Assembly: GCA_017470115.1 (NCBI GenBank)
Contig: JAFUEZ010000004.1
Span: forward strand, 76,891-140,890
Reading direction: 5' to 3'
Length of the DNA: 64,000 bases
Origin: Bacilli bacterium
GTDB lineage: Bacteria; Bacillota_I; Bacilli_A; RFN20; CAG-826
Below are positions 28,222 through 36,629 of the stretch, piece after piece; the first letter of the stretch is position 1, and every line of letters starts with the position of its first letter. A program made the position numbers and the translations under genes. The notes under the pieces are model-generated. The model did not search any database. It was given only the letters and a program-made list of their open reading frames with translations, and had not been told where the DNA came from.

Positions 28222-29483
28222 TTAATTGACCCCATTGCTTTTTCTATTTCATCAATCTCTTTAATAATTCCACCACTTAAGCAATAGCTTCCTTCTTCGG
28301 TGACTAAAACATCATCTTCGATTCTTACACCGATTCCAAGTTCTTTAAAATAAAGTCCTGGTTCATCAGTAATGACATTTCCAGCAACTAATGGAGCTTT
28401 TCTATCTCCAGGATCATGGGTATCAAGACCTAAATGATGTCCGACTGAGTGGAAGTAATATTTTGAAATTTCACTTTCATCTTTAATTAAACCAGCTTTT
28501 AAACAACCTTTTGCTAGTGATTCTTTAGCGATGTTATTTAATTCAACAAGAGTAATTCCAGGTTTAATTTTCGTCAAAACAAGTTTATTTGTATCTAAAA
28601 CTATTTGATAAATTGTTTTTTGAAGAGGACTAAATTTTCCAGAAACTGGATAAGTTCTAGAAATATCAGCACAATATACCTCGTTTCTTACACCAAGATC
28701 AAATAAAATAAGATCACCATCTTTTATTTTAGATAATGGATTTGGATAATGTAACGTTGTTGCGTTTACTCCAGAAGCACAAATTGTAGGAAAACTTAAT
28801 TCACTATAATCGTAATCTTGAAGAGTGTAATAAAATAGCGAAGATAATTGATATTCAAATTTTCCTGGTTTAATCGATTTCATTAAAGTCTTTAAACCAA
28901 TATTAGTTTTATCAATTGCGGCTTGAAGTTCAGCAATTTCATCTTTATTTTTAATCATTCTAAGAGCAACGATATCATTATAAATATCTTTTGCCTTTAG
29001 CCATGGATAATTCGCAAGCAATGCTTTTTCAACATCTTCTGTTGTTTTAAATCCTTCGAGCAAACATTCAGGTTCTTTATCTAGATAGATTGTAGCGATT
29101 CTAGCAAAACCGACATTTTTCTTGCGAAGAAGTAAATCCAATTCGCTTTCAACTTGATTTGTTGTCAAAACATTTTGAATTCCACTTAACTTTTCAGCTT
29201 CTTTTGTTGTTAAACGTTTACCTGTCCATTTTTCCTTTACTTCATCAAATTCTGAAACGAATAAATATTCTTTGATTAGCCCATCTTGCTTAACTAAAAA
29301 GAGAACAGAATTTTCTTGTTTGATATTGGTTAAATAATAAAAGTTTCTATTAACAACGAAATCATAAGTCTCATCAGCACTATTTTTTGGTGGATAACCA
29401 GCGTATAAAACAGCAACGCTGTTATCGTCCATGCGCTCAACTAATCTTTCTCTTCTTTTTATAAATTCTTTGGTTGGTATCAT
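28218..29483 (-). CDS. pepP: Xaa-Pro aminopeptidase (M24B)
   Basis: HSVGHHLGLDTHD, EPGLY and GVRIEDDV metal-ligand motifs. Confidence 0.88.
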   Translation of the reverse strand: MIPTKEFIKRRERLVERMDDNSVAVLYAGYPPKNSADETYDFVVNRNFYYLTNIKQENSVLFLVKQDGLIKEYLFVSEFDEVKEKWTGKRLTTKEAEKLSGIQNVLTTNQVESELDLLLRKKNVGFARIATIYLDKEPECLLEGFKTTEDVEKALLANYPWLKAKDIYNDIVALRMIKNKDEIAELQAAIDKTNIGLKTLMKSIKPGKFEYQLSSLFYYTLQDYDYSELSFPTICASGVNATTLHYPNPLSKIKDGDLILFDLGVRNEVYCADISRTYPVSGKFSPLQKTIYQIVLDTNKLVLTKIKPGITLVELNNIAKESLAKGCLKAGLIKDESEISKYYFHSVGHHLGLDTHDPGDRKAPLVAGNVITDEPGLYFKELGIGVRIEDDVLVTEEGSYCLSGGIIKEIDEIEKAMGSIK

Positions 29484-29486
29484 AAC

Positions 29487-30263
29487 TTATTTCTCTAATA
29501 CATCTAAAACTTTATCGATTTCTTCAAAGTGCTTTGCAACTTCTTCAACCTTTTCTGAATCTAATAATTCGCACATATCTGGTCTTAAAGGTAATGCACA
29601 AAGAGGAGTCAATTCATTTTCTTTTGCATATTCTTCAAGTTTTGATTCACCATAAAGATTGATTCTTTCCTTACAGTGTGGACACTCTAAATAAGACATG
29701 TTTTCAACAATACCAATAATAGGAATGTTCATCATTTTTGCCATCTTAATCGCCTTTTTAACGATTAAAGAGACCAATTCTTGAGGTGAAGTTACGATAA
29801 TGATTCCATCAATTGGAAGCGATTGAAATGCCGTTAAAGTAACATCGCTTGTTCCTGGTGGCATATCTAAAAATAAATAGTCAACATCTCCCCAAGCAAC
29901 TTCAGTATAAAATTGCTTTAATAAAGAAGTAACTAAACTGCCTCTCCAAATAATTGGGTCGTCTTCGTGTTCAACCATCAAATTTGATGAGATGATTTTA
30001 ATTTTTGATTCAGTCAATGCTGGAACAATATGTTGTTTTTCATTTCCGTAAGCAGCTTGATGAATATTAAATAATTTTGGAATAGATGGACCAACAATAT
30101 CGCCATCTAAAATACCTACTTCATATCCTCTTTGTCTAGCTCTTGAAGCTAAAAGTGATGTAACAAAAGATTTTCCAACTCCACCTTTGCCACTAACTAT
30201 TGCATAACAATGCTTAATTCTTGTTTCATCATTTGGTTCACATCTTTCAATTCCTGGCATCAA
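29487..30263 (-). CDS. Mrp/NBP35 (ApbC) Fe-S cluster carrier ATPase
   Basis: GKGGVGKS deviant Walker A and CPHC motif. Confidence 0.88.
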   Translation of the reverse strand: MMPGIERCEPNDETRIKHCYAIVSGKGGVGKSFVTSLLASRARQRGYEVGILDGDIVGPSIPKLFNIHQAAYGNEKQHIVPALTESKIKIISSNLMVEHEDDPIIWRGSLVTSLLKQFYTEVAWGDVDYLFLDMPPGTSDVTLTAFQSLPIDGIIIVTSPQELVSLIVKKAIKMAKMMNIPIIGIVENMSYLECPHCKERINLYGESKLEEYAKENELTPLCALPLRPDMCELLDSEKVEEVAKHFEEIDKVLDVLEK

Positions 30264-30868
30264 ACTTCCCTCCTATACAAATAATCAATTTTCCCAACGA
30301 CTTCAATTTTACCATATAAATCTTCTTCAATGCTTTCCTTTGCTTCTCTAGGTACTGCAAAGTCTATACATATTTTATCATTAAACATAGTATTAATGAT
30401 AAAGAAATTATTTCTTAAAATATAGTTTTTCACATAATCAAAATTTTCAATTTCAACAAAAATACGCCATTTTTGCGAAGTTATTAGTTCAAATTTGCTG
30501 CTTCTTTCAACAATTTGTTTAGCAGATTCTAAATATGTTCTTAGTAATCTCCCACTTCCTAAAAGTGTCCCTCCGAAGTATCTAACAACAACCAATAAAC
30601 AATTAGTTAGATTGGCTTGTTCAATTTGATTTAAAATAGGTTTCCCAGCAGTTCCAGAAGGCTCACCATCATCACTAAATTTACTTTCTTCATTAATTTT
30701 ATAAGCATAGCAATAATGTCTTGCTTTTGGGTAATCCTTTTTAATTTTAGAAAGTTCATCTTGTAAATTATTCTTATTATTAAAAGGAAGTAAGATTCCA
30801 ATAAATTTAGATTTTTCTACTTCGATTTGAAATTCTGTTTTTTCTTTAGGAGTTAAATAATTTTTCAT
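30260..30868 (-). CDS. YigZ / IMPACT family protein
   Basis: EKSKFIG and DDGEPSGTAGKPIL motifs. Confidence 0.85.
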   Translation of the reverse strand: MKNYLTPKEKTEFQIEVEKSKFIGILLPFNNKNNLQDELSKIKKDYPKARHYCYAYKINEESKFSDDGEPSGTAGKPILNQIEQANLTNCLLVVVRYFGGTLLGSGRLLRTYLESAKQIVERSSKFELITSQKWRIFVEIENFDYVKNYILRNNFFIINTMFNDKICIDFAVPREAKESIEEDLYGKIEVVGKIDYLYRREV

Positions 30869-30899
30869 AAATTATTTATTATTATATTATAATAATTGC

Positions 30900-31787
30900 A
30901 TGAATGAAAAAACTAAGTGTAAAAAATGTGGTCTAGAAATTGACAGCGATCTCAATTACTGCCCTTATTGTGGTACTCCTCAAGTTGAAGAGACTAAAGA
31001 TGACTCAGCTCAACAAGTTAATGAGTCAACTCCTTCAAACGAACCAAAAGAAAGAAGTATCAAATTTTTTAGTTTTGAATCAAAAGCTGCTGACATAAAT
31101 ATATTTAAATCAATTGCTTTCTTTGTTATTGGCTTGCTTGGTTTAAACTTACTTGCCTACATTTTCTCTGCGATAGCAAAATCACTTGATAATCAATATT
31201 TTTTGGTCTCTATTAATAGTAATGCCGCAATAAATTTTGCCTTATATCTTCTACTTTTAGGAATAATTCTAATAGTTGCAAATAAAGATCTAGCAAAATG
31301 CTTTGCAGCATTTAAAAAATCAAAGACGTGGATTCAAGGTTTAGCCTTTGGGTTTTTGCTGATGATAGTCAGCGCTGCACTCAATTCCGTTATTCAATTA
31401 ATTTTCCCAACCGGACAAAACAATAACGAAACAGGATTAGATAGTATTACTGATGTTTATCCTCTCCTGTCTTTATTTATTTTTGGACTTGTTGGTCCGT
31501 TCGTTGAAGAATTTACATATAGAATTGGTTTGTTTGGCACCATTAAAAAGTGGAACAAAATTGCAGCTTACTTAGGTACAGCTTTAGTTTTTGGTTTAAT
31601 TCATTTTGATTTTGGAGCATCAAATCTAGCCGTTGAATTTGCAAACTTGCCAAGTTATGTAATTTCTGGATTACTACTTTGTTATTTTTATGATTATGGC
31701 GGGTTTGAAGTAAGCTTTTTAGCTCACGCAACAAATAATTTTGTTGCTGTTGGCATTCAAATTATCTTGAAATTTTTAACTTTTTAA
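30900..31787 (+). CDS. CPBP (CAAX/Abi) intramembrane metalloprotease with N-terminal zinc ribbon
   Basis: CKKCG...CPYCG zinc ribbon. EEFTYR, FGLIHF and HATNNF CPBP motifs. Confidence 0.8.
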   Translation: MNEKTKCKKCGLEIDSDLNYCPYCGTPQVEETKDDSAQQVNESTPSNEPKERSIKFFSFESKAADINIFKSIAFFVIGLLGLNLLAYIFSAIAKSLDNQYFLVSINSNAAINFALYLLLLGIILIVANKDLAKCFAAFKKSKTWIQGLAFGFLLMIVSAALNSVIQLIFPTGQNNNETGLDSITDVYPLLSLFIFGLVGPFVEEFTYRIGLFGTIKKWNKIAAYLGTALVFGLIHFDFGASNLAVEFANLPSYVISGLLLCYFYDYGGFEVSFLAHATNNFVAVGIQIILKFLTF

Positions 31788-31790
31788 TAA

Positions 31791-32672
31791 ATGAAAAGAC
31801 CATTTTCTTCTTTTATATTAAGGTGCATTGCCGCATTTACAATGACTTTAGATCATGTAGCTAAAATGATACAAGTTTTTTTAACTCCTACTGGAGGTTT
31901 ATCTATCGCATGCAATGTCCTTTCTATAATAGGAAGGATTGCCTATCCGGTATTCTTATTTCTTTTAGTTGAAGGCTTCGTTTATACAAAAAATCTTAAA
32001 AAATATATGCTAAGAATGGGAATAATGGCCGCAATAATTTATGCTGGCTTTGTTGGAGCGACTTTTGTTATTGGCGATGGAATTAGCTATATATTGATCT
32101 ATTTAGGTAATATTTTTATAGACTTATTACTATTTCTTGTCTTCTTCTATTTTATCTTTCACGAAAACAAAAAATTGCGATGGCTATCGATATTACCATT
32201 CATATATAATTTACTAATTCTATTAATTCAAAATTTCTACATTCCATATTTTACTGGCCTTGCACTAAATCTTACAGCTGGATTATTTGCTCAATATGCA
32301 GTTCTAAATGTTTTCATTTTTCCTTTATATCCAGCGCTATACTATTTAGTTTCTTTCATTCAAAAGAAAATCCGACACTCCGAAGAAAGTATTCCTTCTT
32401 TTAAAAATTCATCCTTTAATGTTCGAGTAATTGTATTTACAATTCTTGTAACTATTTTAGGAGTTTTGTGTCACGTATTTACTTACTTCCCTAAATTATT
32501 TAGTGCAATAAATTTTGTTACACAAACTTACATGCTGATAGCTCTACCATTTATCCTTTTATATAATGGTAAAAAAGGATTCTCAAATAAAATAAGTCAA
32601 ATTGCATTTTATTTGTATTATCCTCTACATCTAGTTATTATTTTCTCAGTTGTTTATTTAATTTCGCTTTAA
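31791..32672 (+). CDS. TraX-family polytopic membrane protein (tentative)
   Basis: N-terminal LRCIAAFTMTLDHV resembles the TraX LKxIAxxxMxxDH motif. Multi-TM. Confidence 0.55.
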   Translation: MKRPFSSFILRCIAAFTMTLDHVAKMIQVFLTPTGGLSIACNVLSIIGRIAYPVFLFLLVEGFVYTKNLKKYMLRMGIMAAIIYAGFVGATFVIGDGISYILIYLGNIFIDLLLFLVFFYFIFHENKKLRWLSILPFIYNLLILLIQNFYIPYFTGLALNLTAGLFAQYAVLNVFIFPLYPALYYLVSFIQKKIRHSEESIPSFKNSSFNVRVIVFTILVTILGVLCHVFTYFPKLFSAINFVTQTYMLIALPFILLYNGKKGFSNKISQIAFYLYYPLHLVIIFSVVYLISL

Positions 32673-32684
32673 AGGAGGAAAGTT

Positions 32685-32996
32685 ATGTTAATTCATTTAG
32701 AAAATGCTGATCAATTCAGAGAAACCATCAAATCAGGTACCGTTTTATTAGATTTCTTTGCTACATGGTGTGGTCCATGCAAAATGCTCACTCCTGAACT
32801 TGAAAAATTTGCTGAAAGACATCCTGAAGTAACTGTTCTTAAAATTGATGTTGATGAATATGGTGAAATCGCTGCAATCTTCAACGTTAATGCAGTTCCA
32901 ACACTTTTAGTATTTAAAGATGGCGAGCAAAAAGCTGCTTCAGCCGGATTTAAACCATTACCACAATTAGAAAAATTTGTATTTGATGCTCAATAA
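32685..32996 (+). CDS. trxA: thioredoxin
   Basis: WCGPC active site, 103 aa. Confidence 0.93.
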   Translation: MLIHLENADQFRETIKSGTVLLDFFATWCGPCKMLTPELEKFAERHPEVTVLKIDVDEYGEIAAIFNVNAVPTLLVFKDGEQKAASAGFKPLPQLEKFVFDAQ

Positions 32997-33026
32997 ATAA
33001 TTGACTATCAAATTGTGTTAATTTAA

Positions 33027-33047
33027 AAGAGGTTTTGAACCTCTTTT
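33027..33047. terminator. bidirectional intrinsic terminator
   Basis: AAGAGGTT-ttg-AACCTCTT flanked by A- and T-runs. Confidence 0.6.
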
Positions 33048-33333
33048 AAATTGCAAATATCAGATAAATTGTAGATATTATTGCGCTTACAATAACAATT
33101 ATTAAATTCAAACTTAAACCGAAATTGGAAAAATCTTTAACTTCCCCACCATTCTTCTTTTTAGAAATTTGGACTCCAATGGAGCAATTAACTAAACCAG
33201 CAACTGATAAGCCAAGAGCAACTAAAGAAAGATATAAAAACCAAAAACATAAGAAGGCAAATATCGCTGCGGCTAAAGAAAAAACAAAACCGATAAAAGC
33301 ACATACACTTAATTTCTTTTCCTTTTCGTTCAT
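33046..33333 (-). CDS. small hypothetical membrane protein (about 3 TM)
   Basis: 95-aa ORF with hydrophobic segments and tight spacing to the upstream VanZ-like gene. No recognisable motif. Confidence 0.5.
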   Translation of the reverse strand: MNEKEKKLSVCAFIGFVFSLAAAIFAFLCFWFLYLSLVALGLSVAGLVNCSIGVQISKKKNGGEVKDFSNFGLSLNLIIVIVSAIISTIYLIFAI

Positions 33334-33335
33334 AT

Positions 33336-33857
33336 TTAAACCTCGATATAATTAACGTTATCTCTAGATTTTCTATAGATAAAAAACGACAAAGCTAAAT
33401 AAATTCCCATAGGAATAGCGTAGCCTAGATAGTCAATTAAAACATCAATAAAATTGCCATTTCTACTTCCAGCATAAATTTGAATTACTTCGGTAACAAT
33501 CGCAAGTATTAAGCCATAACCTAAAAAGCCATATGCGACAATTCTTTTCATTTGTGGATTGTTTTTAAGGAAAATAATCGATAGAACACCATTTAAGGAT
33601 GTGAAGAAGAATAAGCTAAAATGACCAAAGAATTTTCTTATGAAATTTTTGAATGCTTCACTATTTTTATCAACATGGATACCGATACTATCAGCCGCAG
33701 TAGCGACTACTTCACCAACTGAATTACTTGTTTGTGTAGATTTTTCACCGTTTTCAGCTGCTAAGTAAATAATCATAATATTTAGTGCAATAAAGATAGC
33801 AAAGAAAATTGCTATGTAGATATTCTTGACAATGCTTTTTGAGAACAAACGTTTCAT
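33336..33857 (-). CDS. VanZ-like family membrane protein
   Basis: GHFSLFFF...EVIQIY..GSRNGNFIDVLIDYLG resembles the VanZ-family conserved E/R/D/N pattern. Confidence 0.65.
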   Translation of the reverse strand: MKRLFSKSIVKNIYIAIFFAIFIALNIMIIYLAAENGEKSTQTSNSVGEVVATAADSIGIHVDKNSEAFKNFIRKFFGHFSLFFFTSLNGVLSIIFLKNNPQMKRIVAYGFLGYGLILAIVTEVIQIYAGSRNGNFIDVLIDYLGYAIPMGIYLALSFFIYRKSRDNVNYIEV

Positions 33858-33947
33858 ATTTAGTTATTTTACTACATTAGAAAGAAATGTTTACTAAAAA
33901 TAGTAAATATTTCTTAAATATTGCAAATTTTAAAACAATATTCTTTG

Positions 33948-33976
33948 TTGCACCACTTACCATACTTTGATAAAAT
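33948..33976 (+). promoter_or_regulatory. putative promoter of tRNA-Ser
   Basis: TTGCAC, 17 nt spacer, TAAAAT, ending 12 nt before the tRNA 5' end. Confidence 0.5.
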
Positions 33977-33988
33977 TATTAGGCAAAT

Positions 33989-34079
33989 GGAGTAATACCC
34001 AAGTTGGTGAAGGGGCTTCCCTGCTAAGGAAGTAGATCGGGTAACCGGTGCGAGAGTTCGAGTCTCTCTTACTCCGCCA
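33989..34079 (+). tRNA. tRNA-Ser (anticodon GCU)
   Basis: Acceptor GGAGTAA/TTACTCC, anticodon loop CTGCTAA, long variable arm, T-loop TTCGAGT, encoded CCA. Confidence 0.9.
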
Positions 34080-34092
34080 ATATTAGAATTAG

Positions 34093-34118
34093 AGTTTGAT
34101 TAATATCAAACTTTTTTC
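34093..34118 (+). terminator. intrinsic terminator of tRNA-Ser
   Basis: AGTTTGAT-taat-ATCAAACT followed by TTTTTT. Confidence 0.7.
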
Positions 34119-34138
34119 TTTATTCATTGATTTTAATG

Positions 34139-34165
34139 AAAATAATTGAGTTTAGCAAGGTTTTT
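34139..34165 (+). repeat. 27-nt intergenic repeat, copy c (24/27 to the copy at 60979)
   Basis: AAAATAATTGAGTTTAGCAAGGTTTTT. Its 3' end overlaps the stop codon of the convergent alcohol dehydrogenase gene. Confidence 0.6.
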
Positions 34166-35327
34166 AATAGCATTCTTTAAGCAGTTTCAAAATAATTTCT
34201 GGAGTGATATCTTTAAATCCTCCTCCTAAATCAGTTGAATTTGCAATTAAAGGCAACATTTCTTCTGTAGCGCCAAGTTCTCTCAAACTTGTTACCATAC
34301 CACTTTCCTTAATATAGTTTACAAGCGCCTCGACTCCTTCTTTAGCAAGTTCTTCCTCGCTTTTTCCTTCGCTATTAATGTTCCAAACGTTCTTAGCAAA
34401 TTTTGCAAATTGATGGATACCATATTTATAAATCCATCTATAGTAAGGAATCGAAATTGCAGCTAATCCCATTCCGTGAGCACAATCTGTGTATGCTCCA
34501 AGTTGGTGTTCGATTGAATGAACTTGCCAATCTTGTTTCTTTGCACATCCTGGTAATGTATTTAAAGCAAGTGTGGCTGTCCACATAACATTACTTCTTG
34601 CTTCATAATCTAGTGGGTTTTTAAATGCTTTCTTTGAACAATCAATAAGAGATCTCATTAATCCTTCTAACAAATAATCAGAAACATTATCGCCATCATC
34701 ACTAAAATACGTTTCCATTAAATGCGAAAAACAATCAAATATACCTGATTTCATTTGATATTCAGATAATGAATAAGTAAATTCAGGATTGAGAATTGAA
34801 AATTTTGGATACATTTCTGGTCCAAATACTCTTCCGTGTTTCAATTTTAATTCTTCATGAGTAATTACTGACCCACCATTCATTTCAGAACCTGTGCCAA
34901 CCATTGTTAATATTGTTCCTATAGGGGTAATTTTTGTATTAACAGGCTTGTAATCTAAATAAAACTCTTTATATGCATCACCTTCAAAATATGCGGCAAC
35001 ACTCATTCCTTTTGAACAATCAATAACGCTTCCGCCTCCAACCGCTAAAATTAAATCAATGTTGTTCTCCTTAATAGCTTTTGCGCCTTCCATCATCTTT
35101 TTATAAGTTGGATTTGGCATTACACCACTAACTTCAAATACATTTTTACCGGCATCTTTTAAAATTTTAATGACTTTATCATATAACCCAATCTTTTTAA
35201 TTGCACTTTTTCCATAAACAAGCAAAATATTAGGTCCATAATTTTTAAGTTCAACTGATAAATTATCTAAACTATTCTTTCCAAAATAAATTTTAGTAGG
35301 ATTACTAAAAACAAAATCTCCTTGCAT
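34164..35327 (-). CDS. iron-containing (group III) alcohol dehydrogenase, butanol-DH/YqhD-like
   Basis: GGGSVIDCSK and HSIEHQLG...AHGMGLA metal-binding motifs. Confidence 0.9.
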   Translation of the reverse strand: MQGDFVFSNPTKIYFGKNSLDNLSVELKNYGPNILLVYGKSAIKKIGLYDKVIKILKDAGKNVFEVSGVMPNPTYKKMMEGAKAIKENNIDLILAVGGGSVIDCSKGMSVAAYFEGDAYKEFYLDYKPVNTKITPIGTILTMVGTGSEMNGGSVITHEELKLKHGRVFGPEMYPKFSILNPEFTYSLSEYQMKSGIFDCFSHLMETYFSDDGDNVSDYLLEGLMRSLIDCSKKAFKNPLDYEARSNVMWTATLALNTLPGCAKKQDWQVHSIEHQLGAYTDCAHGMGLAAISIPYYRWIYKYGIHQFAKFAKNVWNINSEGKSEEELAKEGVEALVNYIKESGMVTSLRELGATEEMLPLIANSTDLGGGFKDITPEIILKLLKECY

Positions 35328-35361
35328 AATGAATGATCCTCCTAATTAAAGAATATCAAAT

Positions 35362-36207
35362 TTATAGAACTACTTCTAATAACATCATTATTGCAAAACC
35401 GATGATAAATGACCAAATACCTGCATGGCCATCTCCAGCTTCTTTAAACTCTGGCACCAATTCATCGATTGTTACATAAATCATTGCCCCAGCTGCAAAA
35501 GATAGCAAATAAGGCAACAAGAAAGTCACTTGAGAAGCTAAAAATAATGCAATTACACCAAATATTGGTTCAACTATTCCTGTTAGTGTTCCAAGCAAAA
35601 ATGCTTTTGGCTTAGAAACGTTTTCGTTTAATAAAGGAATTGAAACTGCACTACCTTCTGGGAAGTTTTGAATAGCAATGCCTATCGCTAAAGTTAAAGC
35701 CGCTATTATAGAAGCTTGACTTCCTTGATTAAGTGCAATGCCACATACTAAACCAACTGCAATACCTTCAGGAACATTATGTAAAGTAACAGCTAGTATA
35801 AATTTTGTGTTTCTATTAATTTTATTAGTTTTTATTCCTTCTTCATCTTCTCTATCGGTTTTGTGCAAATGAGGAACAATTTTATCAAGAGCAAATAAAA
35901 GCATCGCTCCAAGAATAAAGCCAACTAAAGGTGGAATCCAAGAGATTGTTTGATCATATGTTACAATTGATTCTTCGATTGATGGTTGCAAAAGCCCAAA
36001 AAAGGAAGTCGCAATCATAATGCCACTTGCTAATCCAACAATTATACTTGAAGTTCGAGCTGAATAATTGCGTTTAAAAAAGAAAACAAGAGCTGAGCCC
36101 AAAGTCGTTGCAAGGAAAATTAAAGATAAAGATATAATACTAATTCCTAATCCGTCCATACCTAAAATTATATAATTCTCAAAAAATTTGAAAATCTTTT
36201 TACTCAT
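35362..36207 (-). CDS. ZIP family divalent metal transporter (ZupT-like)
   Basis: HNVPEGIAVG and QNFPEG motifs, polytopic membrane protein. Confidence 0.88.
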   Translation of the reverse strand: MSKKIFKFFENYIILGMDGLGISIISLSLIFLATTLGSALVFFFKRNYSARTSSIIVGLASGIMIATSFFGLLQPSIEESIVTYDQTISWIPPLVGFILGAMLLFALDKIVPHLHKTDREDEEGIKTNKINRNTKFILAVTLHNVPEGIAVGLVCGIALNQGSQASIIAALTLAIGIAIQNFPEGSAVSIPLLNENVSKPKAFLLGTLTGIVEPIFGVIALFLASQVTFLLPYLLSFAAGAMIYVTIDELVPEFKEAGDGHAGIWSFIIGFAIMMLLEVVL

Positions 36208-36278
36208 TAATTTATTATGTAAAAATTCCTTATTTCATATTTGAAAAATATTCAATATAGATATAGAATAATTCTAGT

Positions 36279-36605
36279 ATGAAATTCAACGAAAGACTTA
36301 AACTATATAGAAAGAGAGCTGGCTTATCACAAGAGCAATTTGCGAGTGCTTTAAACGTGAAGCAATACAACGTCTCTGATTATGAAGTTGGAAGAAGTGA
36401 ACCATCGATTGAATTGCTTATTAAAATTGCTCAAGTTTTAAATATTAGTATAGATGAGTTAGTTGGAAACGATAATGCTCCATTATCAGTTGAAGGTAAA
36501 GAAAAAATATTACTTGAAACAATTGAAAGATTACCAGATGAAGATAAGTCAAAAGCTGTTGATTTTGCAATAGAAGTCATCAACTATGTTGGAAATAAGA
36601 AATAG
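36279..36605 (+). CDS. XRE-family helix-turn-helix transcriptional regulator
   Basis: LKLYRKRAGLSQEQFASALNVKQYNVSDYEVGRSEPSIELLIKIAQVLNISIDELV is a canonical Cro/C1 HTH. Confidence 0.85.
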   Translation: MKFNERLKLYRKRAGLSQEQFASALNVKQYNVSDYEVGRSEPSIELLIKIAQVLNISIDELVGNDNAPLSVEGKEKILLETIERLPDEDKSKAVDFAIEVINYVGNKK

Positions 36606-36626
36606 ACTCAAATGAGTCTTTTTTTA
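36604..36626. terminator. intrinsic terminator between convergent genes
   Basis: AGACTC-aaat-GAGTCT followed by TTTTTTT. Confidence 0.6.
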
Positions 36627-36629
36627 TGC

